A stretch of 64,000 nucleotides of DNA from Balanoglossus misakiensis (taxonomy: Eukaryota > Animalia > Hemichordata). The notes under the pieces were generated by a model that did no database searches, was not told where the DNA came from, and saw nothing but the letters and a program-made list of their open reading frames with translations. The DNA lies in assembly GCA_040954595.2 (NCBI GenBank), contig CM082578.2, positions 9,533,519 to 9,597,518 on the forward strand. The letters run 5' to 3'. Positions 1-15,142 of this stretch are shown piece by piece. Within the stretch, counting starts at the first letter, position 1; each line of letters starts with the position of its first letter. A program made the translations under genes and the position numbers.

Positions 1-1053
1 AAAGCTCTGCCACTTGAAAATTCTAAACGGCCTTTCCCGATCTGTCAGAGAGAAATGTCACTCGCTCGCTCCGGGAAGAGATAAATTGCCCACAAATAAT
101 GTGTTTGTACTGCGTCCTGTCACAGAAAGACGTCGAAGGTACCTGGTGATACCACAATCAAACCGAACATTTATACCGCGCTATTCATCGCAAGATAGCT
201 GTCTCGTTATCCCATGAATGAAAGTTAATTGGGTTTCCACGGAACGCGGATGTGGACCTGGGAACATCCCAGCGATTCACACATGAATGTAAAACCATTA
301 AACCCTCCTCAGCTTTGAAACTTACATTATTGCCATACATGTACATGTACCGGTATATTATACACTTGTCGTATCCTATGGTGTTTTGTAATACAATACA
401 TTCCCGTATTTGTATAGTACGCTGCAATACGGCTGATGCATATACCGGTACATGCATTTGTATGTGGCTGCTCTTGTACTGAGTGACTGAAGCAGCCTAT
501 GTTTGGCTGGATGCCAATTAAATCATACATACTTCTGTCACAATTTTATTCAGTTCTAGTTTGCTCATTTTCATATTAACATTAACTTATCCAGACTTTC
601 ACGTATCTTTCAAGCTTTACTTTGAATTGAAACACTACTTCCCTTTATTTACAAAACAATGCATGCACACAACACAGTCCCTCCAGTTGAATTATAAGCA
701 GCAACATTTTAAAACAGCACGCTCGTAGTATGCAGAGGACACAAGCATCAATTATGAAAAAAGTTATTACCGAATATTATGTCACGGAATTGCCTTTTTT
801 GTCATTTTTGTTCAGGTGAAAGTCAACAAAGGGAATATCAAAATATTTTCTCAAAGGATATTTCCATCACCGATGTTTAATTGTACATTATCCTGTCATG
901 CAACTGAATAATGTAAAATTCATGATGTACCGGTAATTCAAACGACGTTACAACCACCAACATTCAGTGCAGACGTTAAACTTTTGAAAAAAATACAAAT
1001 ACAACAAAGGGATTATACATAATTTATGGGTTAATTATAAGAAAAACTATTAC

Positions 1054-1169
1054 CTTTAACGTATGCAGATAATTTATTACTGAGGGAGGATGCTATTGTT
1101 GAATTGCTGTCGCCAGACGAATCGTAGTGACCAAATTCTCCTTTTTGCCTGTCAAATAGCAAAAGACTC
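1054..1169 (-). CDS. SENP8: SENP8 coding exon 4 (SLLLFDRQKGEFGHYDSSGDSNSTIASSLSNKLSAYVK), includes catalytic Asp
   Basis: Acceptor ttgtcttccAG; its first G completes the Trp codon. Carries the WSLL...HYDS motif of C48 (Ulp1-like) proteases. Phase-1 donor AG|GTAATA. The remaining exon(s) with the QxNxxDCG motif are not in the window. 116 nt. Confidence 0.95.
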
Positions 1170-1581
1170 CTGGAAGACAAATACAAAAGAAATAGAGGAG
1201 GACAATGTGAGCGATTTTTTTGACAATTCACCAACATTCTCAAGCAATTATTTTTATTGACAATTTCATCATTACTTTTGTGCATTAAACATTTCATGGG
1301 AATGAATATATTATATTAGACATTGAATAAGGAAGATTACTTCATTGAATATTGCCTTAGAGTACTTCATACTAAAAGTACACACATGATGAAGTATAAA
1401 TAATTACAACACACAATGTGGTATACCTAAAATAATATTACTTTCTTGCAGTATATTAGCTGACGCATGCAGGGATTCAATTTCTATTCACGCTATGAAC
1501 ATTAATTTCTAAAATGTTTATTTTCGATATACAATCTACATTTTGTCATGAATTTTCAAGAGATTATCATTATTGTCATCG

Positions 1582-1616
<35 letters not shown>
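1582..1616. repeat. (TCA)n microsatellite, about 11-12 units
   Basis: Directly visible tcatcatca run. Confidence 0.95.
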
Positions 1617-2257
1617 TTTAAAACTTTCCTAATTATTAAACTTTTTTAAAAAGTCAATAACTTCTTCAGCCCGTAAGGCCAATTTTCTGCAAAGGAAATT
1701 AATATGACAGGGCATGACAGTCATCAGTATGACTGTACGTAATGATTACGACCAACGCTGCTTTAAGTGCTGAAATACCAGTAATGGAAAGAGGTAGCTT
1801 TAACATTATCACCGCTGCTCGTTCACTTCAGCGTTTTAATGTCAGAAAATTGTTTCGTATTACAGACCATTAAATCTAATAGAATACATGATGAAGGAGG
1901 AATGAAACAATCAAGTATAATAATGATGTGAAATTAATGATGCACGAGAAAAGTACGGAAATGGTTCTCGATAACTCTCACGAGCATGCACACTACACCA
2001 GATCAGATAACAGAGAGAATCAAAAGCTTCAAGACACAATTCGTATCACGACACACTTAAGAAGCTTCAGTTGTTTACCCAGGTGAGCAGATGTTCTTCG
2101 AACAATTAGTGATAAAAAAGTACACTTATATTCGGTGCCAATGTCATTTGCAGTCGTTATCTAATCTTTAAAATTGATTCATAGCTTTGCATGCAACCAG
2201 ACCTCCATGTTTTCTGCAATGTACTGGTGCAATAACCCACACCAGTCATAAATAAAT

Positions 2258-2370
2258 TAGTACGTGGCGCTCTTTTTTTCACGTGTGCCACCCACTGAAA
2301 ATCTATGATTGGCTAGATCTCAATTTGCATTGGTAACTGTAGTTACATTTGTACAGGTGAACGTACACTG
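2258..2370 (+). repeat. Dispersed repeat family A, copy 1 (~110 bp, unclassified)
   Basis: gtggcgctctttttttcacgtgtgccacccactgaaaatctatgattggctag aligns with 60106-60221 and, inverted, with 19107-19175. Confidence 0.75.
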
Positions 2371-4153
2371 TGGAATACTTTATGTCACTGAAAGCACTGT
2401 ACATATTTTTTATCTGGTAGAGTCAGTGTCCAGTACCAAACAAGCAACAGTGTAACTTCTAACTCAAAATGACAGCAGGCTATCCCAACTCATGAATATT
2501 TCACATTTAGTGTAAATGTCACACTGCACTTGTATGGGCTCTGCCACTGTCTACAGAATCCAATTTGGGAGAATCCCTCCAACATAGACATCTCATAACC
2601 TGAGAGATAATAGGCATACACAACAGCTCTATCGATTGTTATTTATTAACGATCACCATTTTATTGATGGAACAAAAATATGAAAGCGACAAATTTCTGA
2701 CAATGCAATGCAGGACGGTTATTATTGAAAATCCAGCGTAACACACAGGAATAATAGAATAGCTGATCGGGCTAATCTAAGCTTAAATTTCCAATCAACA
2801 CCAGGCGCAGGAGATTGGACAGTTAATTGTGTATTTTACGACATGATACCACGCTGCTCATGGAAACGATTACAAAATGACATTTTGGGGGCTGATGTGC
2901 CGTGCGCAGCTGAGGAATATATCCCATATACTGCCTGTTGACGTCTCTTCCAGCGAGATTGTCATGAAAGAGGATTAGCTAGGCTGCTTATACTAACGGC
3001 TACTCAAAATCAAAACTGGCGTGCGCCAATCTTGTTCAACGGTGAGCATTACAAGCAGCAGGTACAGTTACACTGTGCGACATTTGAAACGGACGGCTTG
3101 TGGGTGGGGAGAGCTACATTATGTTGTAATTGTATCAATGATCATGGAACCAAAGTTCCCCAACCTGGCTAACAGACTCACGATTATTACTGAAAGAAAA
3201 ATGGAACATTTTGTTGCAAGCTCGCAAAGATATACCGGTACACAGGTGTCTCAAACTGCGCCATGCACCTTTGGGAGGAATCTTGGCAGGCATGTTGAAT
3301 TGCTGTTGAATTGGAAATTGATGTGGCTCGATCATTCCGGCATCCAACTTTTACATGCTAAATTATTCCAAGCAATTGCCTTGAATCCCAAACTATGTGT
3401 ACGTAATTTTTGAAGAAGAAAAAAATGGAAGGATGTCTCATTGCGATCCATGGATTAAGTTAGATAGATCTTGCATTATAGTAAAGATTTACAGTTGTGT
3501 TCTCTATAAGCTTCACTTTCATTTTGACACAAACACTTTCTCTTCTTTACATGTACGTCTTCTACAGAGCCAGCAATATAAACACTGCTTGAATGACAAA
3601 TGTCTGTTACCAAGCACTCTGAATTAATAATGAATAAATCCCTAATAAATTATGAATGGAATATTTATGAAATCATCTACGGCACACCATTCAATGGCAT
3701 ATCACCAGTACCAACTGAAATAATTCACGTTCCTTTGCATAACACAGTTCGCCAAAGTTGGGAATTTGACAATTTAAACCAAGAAATCGTTTGGTGATTC
3801 CTTTTTTACTGAAAATTACACTTCTTCTCAATTTAACTTGCTTTCACCCACTGGCACGCTGTGTTTCCTGTACCGAAGATGATCAATACTTGCCCACAGA
3901 AATATAAATTCCCCAGTTGAGTGAATCACTGAGACACTGTGTCCCAGTTTCATTGATTTTCGTTGAGAAACAACAAGCGCGTGTCCCAGACCGTTGTTCT
4001 GTGTTTAAGTCGATGATATTTATCTTTCACTTGGTTGACTTTCATCGACACACGCGTTTTAACACTTCAATGGAGCTTGGTTCCTGTTTTGCAAACACTT
4101 TTTTTCGATCAGCATGGGTACCGGAATGTCAGAGGCATTTCGATCAACTTCTG

Positions 4154-4172
4154 CAGTAGTAGTAGTAGTAGT
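4154..4172. repeat. (AGT)n microsatellite
   Basis: agtagtagtagtagtagt run. Confidence 0.9.
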
Positions 4173-7100
4173 TTAAAGATGACTTAAAAAGTGTTTGTGA
4201 ATACCATTATTTACATGATTTATTGCATGCAATTTTGCACTGCGAAATGAGGCAACTTGGCCTTCTGCCAAGTTGGAAAGTCATCAGTTGTCACACAGCA
4301 ATGACATGCATGCACACTGTGCACTGTGCACTGTGCGCACAAATGTACAGACATACGGACGGACAGCCAAATGTACCAGTTCAAGAACCGCAACTTCACT
4401 GTGCCAAGACTCCATCCATATGGTCACCTAAGCTGCCAAAACAAGATTTATGTCGCCATGGTCGACACAGCTTGTTTTTTACAATGACAATAAATCAACC
4501 CTTTAGACAACAGTGCAATTATTTGTATATGGACACATTACACAAAAAACATAGGGTACTATTTTTAAAATTATTTTTCCCTTTTCTAGATTCTACAATG
4601 AAATTTTGCAACAGCTTGTTTTGAAAAAAGTAATGTTAACTGTCAACTTAACCACAGAAATCTTGAACCTTTAAATATAAAAGGTGAATTTTTTTCTGAT
4701 TCAAATGGCGTTCAGTACAAATGAATTATTGCACGTGTAATAAATTAACTCCAAAACTCACATTTAAGCTAATTTTGGTCGGTGCAATTCCCTAATTATA
4801 GCACAAATCTCTTTTCACTGAGGATAAATGGCCTCTAAAATAATGAATATGTTTTGCGAGCGCTGGCAATATGTTACATCTGGTTACAGATTTATGGCTG
4901 GCGCAGCTCAAAGGAGCCAGTGGGTGTTTGCTTTAAAACGTTGCGAGTGAAATGAAACGCACACAGCAAACGTGTACATCACAACTCCTGCAGGTGTGTT
5001 CCACTTTTGATATTTTCACAAGCCCAGAATCTCAAATTTCACGCTGTTAAAACAATCAAGGGTCTGTTCAGTTTGTTTCAGGGCACCGGGAAAAAACCAA
5101 CAGACGAGAGTCGCACTGTGTAGTTTACAAGTCGGGAGTCCCTCGGCACTGCGGACACAGACACCATGCAATGTTAACTTCTCTGATTGAAATTAATAAA
5201 TCGCCAGTTCAAGACCAACCAATCTGTTAGTGATTCCATTTTAATTACAATGAACTTTTCAATTTTTTAGAATGCAGAATTGAAACGAATTTTTACTAAG
5301 TGACATTAATGAATTCAAGTGATTAAAATCTCAGCTAAGAGGATTACAATGTGAAACATAAAAAAAATCCTAGCCATAATTTATAAAACAAATTGTTCGG
5401 GCGGAAGCAAAGAGTAAAGGCAGTACAATACTACTTCAACATATGCACTAGACAGCGTCTCTGTAACAATATACTCCAAATGGTTGTTTATTTTAGTCTG
5501 GAAATCAAAAATATTTTCTCAAGGGCAGCCAGCACGTAAGTCCTCCACAAACACTGGCAAAGACCAAACGACAAGAGGAATCAGAAATGCAGAGGAATTT
5601 GGAAAATGCAGAGCACGCCTAGAGTTAAAATGGCCGGACAATTTGTGAATTAAACTTAGAATCGTATTGATCGCAATTGGAAAGAAGTTGCCTTCATAGA
5701 AGATGAACAATTTCCTAGCAATGTCATTACACGAGTTTAATTTTCCGTAAAAAAGGGTCCATCAACCATGAAAATATGCAAAAGGTCTTCTCAATAAAAT
5801 TTTCAACTGCAGTATAACACATGTTTCTCATGTGACATGTACACGTCACTGTAAAGCAAAATACCACTGAAATAATGCGATGTCATTCGATGGGATGTAG
5901 GCTAGCTGTGCAATCACCTAGAGGACTAAACCTCTAAGCTTTCAAATCAATACCGATGAGAGGTCCAATTTCATTACCGGCAACGGAAACACTCAGTGAA
6001 ATGCACAGTGTCTGACACGCAACGCTTATTAAAGGATTTGTTCTTGTGATCGCTTTACTGCAGTATCTGAAATCAGTGGTCTTCAGCTGATTATCTCCAA
6101 TTTGCAAACAGCCCTATTTGCGATAAACCCGAAACAGCTAAGCATGTTCTGCATGCGAAATTAAAGTATTCGTACTGGGGGGAAAAAAGCACAGCATGTA
6201 GCCTTTAATCACCAACAGATATCAGACACCTGAACGACACTTGCCATTTTAGTCTTACCACACCTTTCAAAGTTGAAAATGTGTGAGGTAATTTGAGGCT
6301 CAAGATATAATTTATAAGTGGATCACAAACCGTACAGTGACTTGTGTTTGCCTCAAGTAAAGTGCAACAGCTTTTGCCGTTCTTTGTGGAAACGAACCCA
6401 GATCCAAATTTATCTGGTGCTCGGTTGTTGATGACCGAAATAACGGTCATCAAACATGATATTCTGCAGGATTAATATCCACTGATTTTAAAGTTTACTT
6501 TGGAAACATACATATATATGGCTAACACCTGTGTTTCCTAAATCTGTATGAAAATAGCACAAAATAAAATGAACCTACTTTGATTAATGTTTGCAGGAAA
6601 ATACAGGCAACAAAATCAATATCTTGTATGTAAAGTGGTGTTAATGACCACTCAACATGCTCAATGGGTAGCGCGGCCCTGGGTAACAAATTATTCGATA
6701 TATATAAGGCTGCCTTTTCAATTTTTGAAGACATCATGCCGTGTGACAACATCCAGTGATACAGTTACTGCAAGTAGATCGCTGTTAATTCATTCCCACA
6801 TTAGCAGTATTGTAAGCGTAACTCTAAAATTCGAAAGTCAAAATAGCTCTTTAGTTCTGTTTGTGAATGTCAAGAGTTTAATGATTAGTGTGAAAACAGC
6901 AAAGCTGGGATACAGAAGGGATGATACAGATAGAACCTCAGATGCTCATCGGAGCAATCAAATGGAAATGCTTAAAGATTTCGGCCTTGACTGGTTCACA
7001 TCTCTTGGTAAGAAAAGGTAAACACCTTAAATGTCAAAGGAATCAAACACCATTACCATTTATAATATGTTGTTTGCAAAAACGATCAGAGTTTCGATAC

Positions 7101-9631
7101 AGCATCAAGTGCATGTACAAATGGGTATGTACAGTAATTGTTGGATCAGGAAAGTGCAGTGGCTTGTATGAGACATTTCACGTTGCGTTGATCGATTTCT
7201 TTCTGTTTCCTGAGCAGAGATTTGAACGGGCAGATAGGACTCTAAGGCGCGATGGTGGGTCACGAAATTAATTTTTTCGTAGCTTGTATATTCAGCCTAT
7301 TCATCATAACTAAAAATTCTCTAAACTCTGCATGCATTCTTATTTCCATACATGAATTGTATTACCTGGCAAGCAACCCGTTGGTACATGTATGGTAATT
7401 AACCAAGTCTCGAAGAGAATCATGAACAGAATCAGCACATCTTCCTCAACAAAAGCAATTAGCTAAATTCCTGCACCATTTGAATCTCCGTTGCACTAAT
7501 ACGACTGTTGTGAGTTTTACTCACTGTGTGTAAATCAAAGCGGAATCTGATTAAAATCAGATGTAGGGTACGGCGACATCTTCTTAATACTTACGCGGTG
7601 CGGCATTCTTATACTGTCGCCTAACACTACATCTGACCAACTCCCATCGAAGCTCTCGTTGAAATATTGTGTAATTTACAGTTGGTAGATGAACCAGGAC
7701 AAATGAAGGCAATTTTAGACCTCTGCATGGAGAGGTGACTGTTGTGTCTGCATCCAGTACAGTTAATGATGCTGTTACTTCAAGCCTGAAATCGGGCCTC
7801 TACTGTCTTCTTCTAAGCTTTTTATGCGCTGAATTTGCAAACACATACATTTCTAGACATGTATGTTAAAACTTAATGGTTTCAAAACAATTCCTGAGGT
7901 ATATATTTTTAAAGGGGCAGAAAAGGAATAAAAAATATGCCAAGTTTGCACTCATTCAAGCAAAATGTTCATACGGGTGTAACAAAATTCCACGCAGACA
8001 TGCATGGCAATGGTATTTGCAGCAGTGGCAGCAGACACAGACACTATAGGACCAACCAATTTTGTTGTAATTGCATTGTGCTGCACAATACTTAATATTA
8101 TATGTATCTGGTGCAAAGTCTGAATCCTGCTCATGTTACCAACAAAGCCAATTTCCTGTCTAAAAGCCTTGTACATAACGGCTAACAAAATCTGACTGCG
8201 GGTGTTACCCAATTCTCCTCTTGCGTGATCCAAAGGATGAGCTCAGGTGATGGTTCTTTATTGCCTTTTCACAAGCGTTAATGTCATCATATCTTTAAAG
8301 GCATCTCTACTGGACACAATCTAGCGGCTTTATTTGAATGGACATATTACACTCAAATTTTCCTTCATTTTTTGTCTCCAAGAAGAAATGGAAGAGTGAT
8401 TGTGCACTCCTAACAAATGATCTGTTGTGAGCTCAAATGGTGGAATTAAATGGTCTTGCTGTCGATCCAATAAATTTTCATAAATCATTGAGCTATTAAA
8501 CTAGTATGAACTTGATTTCAGGTTTTGACAATAGGAAAGTGTACATGCATTCTCTTTATACCTATCCCACAATACACCAGTCCAATGGTGGCTAAAGAAC
8601 AACTTGCAACTATCAACAATCTTCCTTTTAATCAGATTTATCAGTGTTCCTATACTGTTACAGTCACTCTACAATGGCAGAGGCTGATCCCCAATCATGA
8701 TAACATCCAATATGCAGTCATAATTTTATTCAATCTGATAAAAATCGGAGGTAGAGACTAGAGACAGGTTCCATCTTTTGTAACTTGCTAGGATTCTGCT
8801 GTTCTCGTTCTCCTGCTCTCGCCTCTCTACATCTGACCAGTACTTCCATAGAAGGTCACAGTCAAATTTCACATTTCCGACCCGAACCAACAACCAATCA
8901 GACATCGTCTTACAACAAATTGAGACATCTTACATAAGTATAGGCAATGAACACACCATGCACGTAATGTAATTAAGGTAATATTCTTGTAAATATATGA
9001 ACATGAAGTTAAAATTGTAAATAAACAAGGCATTCACAAGTGCTCAATCTATCATTCCAAAACCATTCCAGAAATATACAACTGCGCAACACCATCTGGA
9101 CAGACTATTAAGGTGGAAAAACTGACCTGTAACATGTTTTGTTTGACTGCACTACGAAGTTCGGCTACATGCATGATAAGCATAGTGCCTGAATAGCTGA
9201 TAATGTTTTGTCAGTCTTACAACTTCCTTCGTGGATATGAAATCTTTTGTCATGTTGAAAATCAACCCATTGGTGATCACCTGACTTTGAATGCATTCAG
9301 GGGGATTAAAAACAGCCAGAAATACATAAAAATAAATTCAATGCTTTTTACGAGATGATGGCGGACAAACGCAATAAAAGTACTGCGGCGTTTATTTCAT
9401 ATGAACGAGATTGGTGCGATAACTCTTTTATGGCAAAATTTATGTCTTGAAATAATGAAGAACATCATGTAATTCTTTTATTTTGTTTGCGTCAAAAATA
9501 AATGCGACTGCATCCACGTCGATGGATTGTGAGCTGAGTACAATAAACCGTCTTGTTAAATCAATCCATTGGCAATGTATGTAATGACTGAATCCCTAAA
9601 AATTTCAATCTAATCAAACAGTGATGCCTCT

Positions 9632-9731
9632 TTAAACCTTCCCACCACCATTATGCATGGTTTGGTCCAAATTGATTGTTTTCTGTGGTAAAGTTGGACC
9701 TTTACAGAGAGAAACGGGGGTGAGAGGTTAA
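9632..9731 (-). mobile_element. piggyBac-like MITE (~90 bp), family B
   Basis: TTAA at both ends. Internal ggtttggtccaa...ttttctgtggtaaagttggacc is the reverse complement of the copies at 27578 and 49136. Confidence 0.7.
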
Positions 9732-11904
9732 ACTTCTGCCATGGAACATTTGTTCACAATCAACAGAAATCTTTCAAGTGTTGTAGTATGTCATCCAAAT
9801 TAATTAATATTGGACAGAATACTGTAAAAAGCAGTTTACACATGTGCATATAATTTGTCTTCTTAAAATAACCATTTATATGCAAGAAAATTAACTGGTC
9901 ATCAACCTGTCTCCTGATTACCATCAATATTTCCACCCTATCAGATGAATATTATATAAACCCTGTTGTAGAAAGGTATAATTGCTGTTATGATTTCACA
10001 GGAAGATGATTTTAGCACAATAGTTTATTAGCGAAAACATACTGTCTGATTCAAATACACCCTTTTACTATAAAAATTAGGTAATAAAAAGCTAGAAAAA
10101 CAATTATTTTTCATGTATATCTTATCTTAAGCCATTCACAGCAGATTTGCTGATACATGTAAAGTCCTCAACATGCATAACTGCTATCATACATGTACAG
10201 GTATAATTCTCAGTGTGATCAATCAAAATTTCATCAACTCTGATGATCACATTCATCTTAGGCACTCCTGGCACATTTGCCTAATCGGCAGGGTTAATTA
10301 AATATATCAATTATATCAAATAAATGAACAGTACGTGTGCTCAACAGTTAAAAGTTCACAGATCTATCAATTTTATCCAACAATCTTTGGATTGCTACAT
10401 TTTGGCCAAAGCAAAACAATATTCTCAATTTCTGGCTCTTAGTTCGCCATTTCAATTTTAAATCACAACAACAAACAAGGAAACTGTGTAAGTAAAACTG
10501 AACAGCTGAGCCAGGCCTGGCCTAGATAAAAGAATAAATGGCCTTTGAATGCATGGCCAAGGACGGAATTATTTCTGCACTGAAAGAGTCTTAGAGGCCA
10601 ATATATAGCTCACAATGACCGGGATAAAAGTTCTCAGCTTTTTCCTTTCAACTGACTTCATATCATCAAATATTTACACTGATGGAATGCTTCCGTGTTA
10701 ACCTTTGAACTGGTTTTGCAAAAAGGGGGAAAGTGAACAAACAGCTAATGGCAGCGTCAAACGGTTCAATTCATCTGGTTCAAATGCATCTGACAGCTCC
10801 CTAATACCACTTGCAGACAGTGACAAAAAAGTCAAGTGACCTTCGAGTGACCTTGTTAATTTGCCCAGGATTTGAGTCACTGAGCGTGCTCATCACGACT
10901 GTGTCCATCCACTTGATTCCATACGTACGATACGAAATTGCACATTCTCCACACACGCACCGCAGACATCCATCATCCCTCGCAAAACAACTTTATCTCG
11001 TCTGCAAACACCGGGAAAAAATTGTGTTTTGTTTTTAGAACTCCCACCTGAGGTCTGTTCTGTGGGTACGACTCCGACAGAGAAGACACTGCGCGAGATA
11101 ACACCGTGCGCTCAAAAGACACCGACGTTATTTATTTCGTCGACCAAATTTGAGCGGAGAGATACATCCCGGTTAAGTACCACCTGGAGTACCTTCATGT
11201 TTGCAGATGTGTTTCATCTCGAGAGGCGCACGGCCGGTGCGAACACTTGACATCATTTCATCTTACGACGTGATTACCTCATTCTGCGCTTTACGCAATT
11301 TGCGCGCCTCTGCGGTGTGCTATTTCCCTGTGATGGTCAGCGCGTCCAATTATTGGAGATGAAAAAGATGTCAAACTCATGAATATTATAATATGAAATC
11401 AACACAAAGATCAAGTGAATCATCTTTTGGATCAATCTGTCCCATGAGGCTTGATATGACAGTCCTATTATGGGAGAATTTTGTAATACGTACTGTATAA
11501 TGTTAAATGCATACAAATGCAGCAAGCGCCCCATAAAAAACCAAGGCAGTACCTACAAAATAGTTCAGCTGGCAGAACAGGTTCTCATTGGCTAGACATC
11601 CACGATAAAAAAAGTCAAACAAGATTTCAATGAAACCTTTCGATTTTCGGATCTAAATTAGGAGAAGTGGTGAAATGTCCTATACAATGAATATGATCTG
11701 TTCAGACAATGATTTTGATACAAATCAAAACCTGTCTCCTTCCTGTCTACCTCAGTATAAAGTACTCAATCATACAATTTCATCCACTTAGTTCTACAAG
11801 AACACCCTGTCTTTCCATCGCTCTCGTCCTTGTAGATAATTGAATGAACATGTGACTATAGCTAAGTAGGTCATGCAAACTACTGTAGTCACGTTTATAC
11901 TGAC

Positions 11905-12013
11905 CAGTGAGATCCTCCGACCGAGTCACATGATTCATTGTCATTTACCGCCAGGAAGACCAGTTTTCTGCTGTGCAAATTCAGGGGTTCCAAGAAAATT
12001 CCAAGATCGGAAA
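11905..12013 (-). CDS. SENP8: SENP8 coding exon 3 (V-SDLGIFLEPLNLHSRKLVFLAVNDNESCDSVGGSH-W), includes catalytic His
   Basis: Not shown in the ORF track; found by reading the minus strand. Acceptor ttcttcattccAG, phase-2 donor TG|GTCAGT. Matches FLEPL...VFLAINDN...GGTHW of SENP8, and phases fit exons 2 and 4. 109 nt. Confidence 0.95.
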
Positions 12014-15000
12014 CTGGAATGAAGAAAAAAGAAATGGATATGTTACTGGAAAGTGGCCTCAAGTACTATGGCACACACAGTCACATCTCCATGATATAAG
12101 CTGCAAAGTGGCATTATTCAAAGCAAAACTGTTAATAGCTCAACTGTGTCATTTGCAAGATATAGGCTAATGTCGCCACAGGTTTAGATATTTACGAGGA
12201 AAGCCGGCAATGTCTTATCAAATCAAGCCCACAATAAACTTGGCCAATAACACCATAATGGACGAATATTAACATGCCATCGACAAAACCTACTTGTGTG
12301 CAGTTTATCAGTTTTGCAATTGTGAAGGTACACCATAACATGAAGATCTTTTCTCTTAGTGTACACTGTACAATATACCTTGTTAAACATAATTTCAGTT
12401 CAAGATGGCCGCCAAGCTCGAGCCATGTGAACTCCGTGACAACAAATATTACAGTTGATTTTCCAAAAAGAAAGTTTAATGACATCCAGGAAGGATGGTG
12501 TTCATATTGATGAAAAACTGTCCATAATATGATATGCCCACTCATTGAATGGTTTTTAAAAATGGAACAGGCCAAAATATCACCATGCAGTGCCCATTCT
12601 GAATCAAATATTTTGTAAAAGATATGTATAGGATTATCACACTTTGTTGTCATCCAATAAAGATTCCAATAGTTATGACGGTGTACCAATTTCTATGATG
12701 TGTTGCTGAGTCATCACGGGCCAAACAGATGTGCTGATGATCGACTCAATCCCAGAAATCCCGTCATGTGTCTATCTAAGGACATTATTAACGAAAAATA
12801 AAAATTGGTATTAAATGAAAATAGAAAAGTGCACACCACATGTCATTGTTTTTTTCTCTCTGTGGATTTTCAGTTCATTAATTCTACAAAGCATGGCTAC
12901 ATATATAGGTTTTGATAACTTACATGGCCAGACTGATTGATATTGGTTTCGAACGAAAATGTGGGACGTTAATGCTGACTTATGGCTTTGTACAGTAAAA
13001 GCAGTGGTGGTTATACCACGTGTAAGTGATACATTAATTGGTGGAAAAAAGACAGAGTAGACGGGATGGAAATGGGGAGCCCTAGGGATGATATACCATT
13101 TGATCACTTAATGAATTCACTGCACAGAATATGCTATATTAATAAAATGACTGATTACGCCATACGCAGTATCAGGATGGTTTCCCCCTGGACATCTACA
13201 TGTACCATCTGACCCGCTTTAATTTCCCACCCGACAGTAAGATCATAAGGATAAGGGTTAGGATACGTATGCAGACTAAATTCACTAATGCAGTGGGTTA
13301 ACGTTGTGGGAGGTGAGTATCCTGTCCAGAAACCAGAAACGCCTGATACATGTGTCAAAAATTGAGTGCAAATACGCCTCCTTTTCACACAGGCCAATTT
13401 AACAAGAGGGGCATGTTGATCGACTTGGCCCTGCAATCATTCTCAGAGTCTCTCTGCAACCAGGCCAGTACGGCTGTAACATATTTTGGCAACGTCAAAT
13501 TGTTGGATGCATTTCAGAAACTTGGTATATCACTCTGTCTGGTTGAAACACCCCCTGATCATGACATTTTACTACCCATCCCTATCCCTATAACTCCTGC
13601 CTGATACAAACGTGTAGATGGTACTAAGCCAGGGGGTATTAACATTCATAACAGACATACCTGTATAAGTTTTGTGTTAAAATCATGTAACATATCTAAT
13701 TTTGTATACAACTATTGTACACGTTAGACGTCTGCAATGTGTAAAAGTCGACCACTGTCCAAAGAAACTTGTTTTTGGCAGGCAAACAATGTACATGTAA
13801 ATGAGTTAGTCCATGCGTGACTCGACCATTCATCATTCGTCAGCAATTGACTAAAGTGATGTACAAGCACTGGTAATTGTCCTGACTTCAGCAAGACAGC
13901 TGTCCTTTTCCAATGCTGATTGAAATTCCAGTCTCTCCTCAAAGCCAATCATCGTTTTTCATTTTCACAAGTTTGTTTCACATTAGAGTACCAGACGCCA
14001 CATTAAGACTAAGAAGAGGACTAATGTTCAGATATGCATTCGTGGACGTGCTCACACTCTGTTCAAGTCACACCTACATAACATCACTTTACGGTTATTC
14101 ACCTTGAGATCTGAGTATCTTTCTTTCATGCACATATGGCACTTTAAAAAGTGATGTATGTGCAATTCAGAACAGTCTGTTGTAGGGGTATGCATATTGT
14201 TTCTTAAAATTATAACCACAAATCAATTTCTGCAATTGAACCGGGAATCACTTTCTAAGAATTCACCCAGGAATCCAATTCTTGAAATTCAACCAGGAAT
14301 TATCTGCACTGCAACCAAGTGAAGCTCAGGGTGTAATTGCAGTAAAAAAGACTTCCTTATAAGAGCTCGTCATTCACACATGGCTTGGCTCCTAATGGGC
14401 AGGAAATGGCCGCAACAATTTCAGGACATGCGATGCTAGACATGACTGTCAATAAACCAGCCAGGATGTTCCATGTACCAAGCCTGCTATTCCATTCACC
14501 GCAAATCAACTTTCAGGAAGTTGCCTTTTTCGCCAAAAAACTAAAAACTAAATTGGATTACCTGGATATGTGACTGTGTTTTGACCTCAACGGTCCCTGT
14601 CGGATCCGTTAAAGCCCGCAGATTGAGTTAACATCAAATTCATTGATTTAATTTCCCCTTTCCACCTGCCGCATCCACTCATCACTCTCTGAGATAATTC
14701 ATTAGCTTCAAGAGTCAGATGAACTGCCCCTGCAGACCCAATTGTAAGATCACAATTATCTTTAATCAAGCCCCCGCTTTTCATGCTGAATTACGAAGAG
14801 GGAATTTCTGGCCGGTAGATAATCTTTTCCCGATGTCGTATGAATGCTCAATCTGTCCGTGCCCGATCACGATCGACCTGCGATGGGGCGAATTGTTTGC
14901 GGTTAGTTTCTGCGTGACGAACATACGTACTCCTGCAGGGCATTGAACTTATATGCTGAAAATGATAATTGTATATTGTATTGGGATGGAAGACGACAAT

Positions 15001-15142
15001 TCTGATTTCCCTTCTCCCACAAATTTTGCGCTTCACTTTGCAATATCATGATCCACACAATCGTGGTGAATCATGATCACCATCTGAAAGCTGGAATTTT
15101 TGTGAGTGGTTTTTCTTTCCCACATAGTTCTTCAATAATACA

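Noticed and set aside
1-1053. A fifth SENP8 exon with the catalytic Cys
   Set aside because: No QxNxxDCG-encoding segment with splice sites was found; it must lie outside the window.
7473-7484. GCACCATTTGAA resembling miR-29
   Set aside because: Seed start and 3' end do not match, and there is no convincing hairpin.
13254-13262. AGGGTTAGG (minus strand CCTAACCCT) as a telomerase RNA template
   Set aside because: A 9-nt match is expected by chance, and I could not identify a pseudoknot or H/ACA domain.
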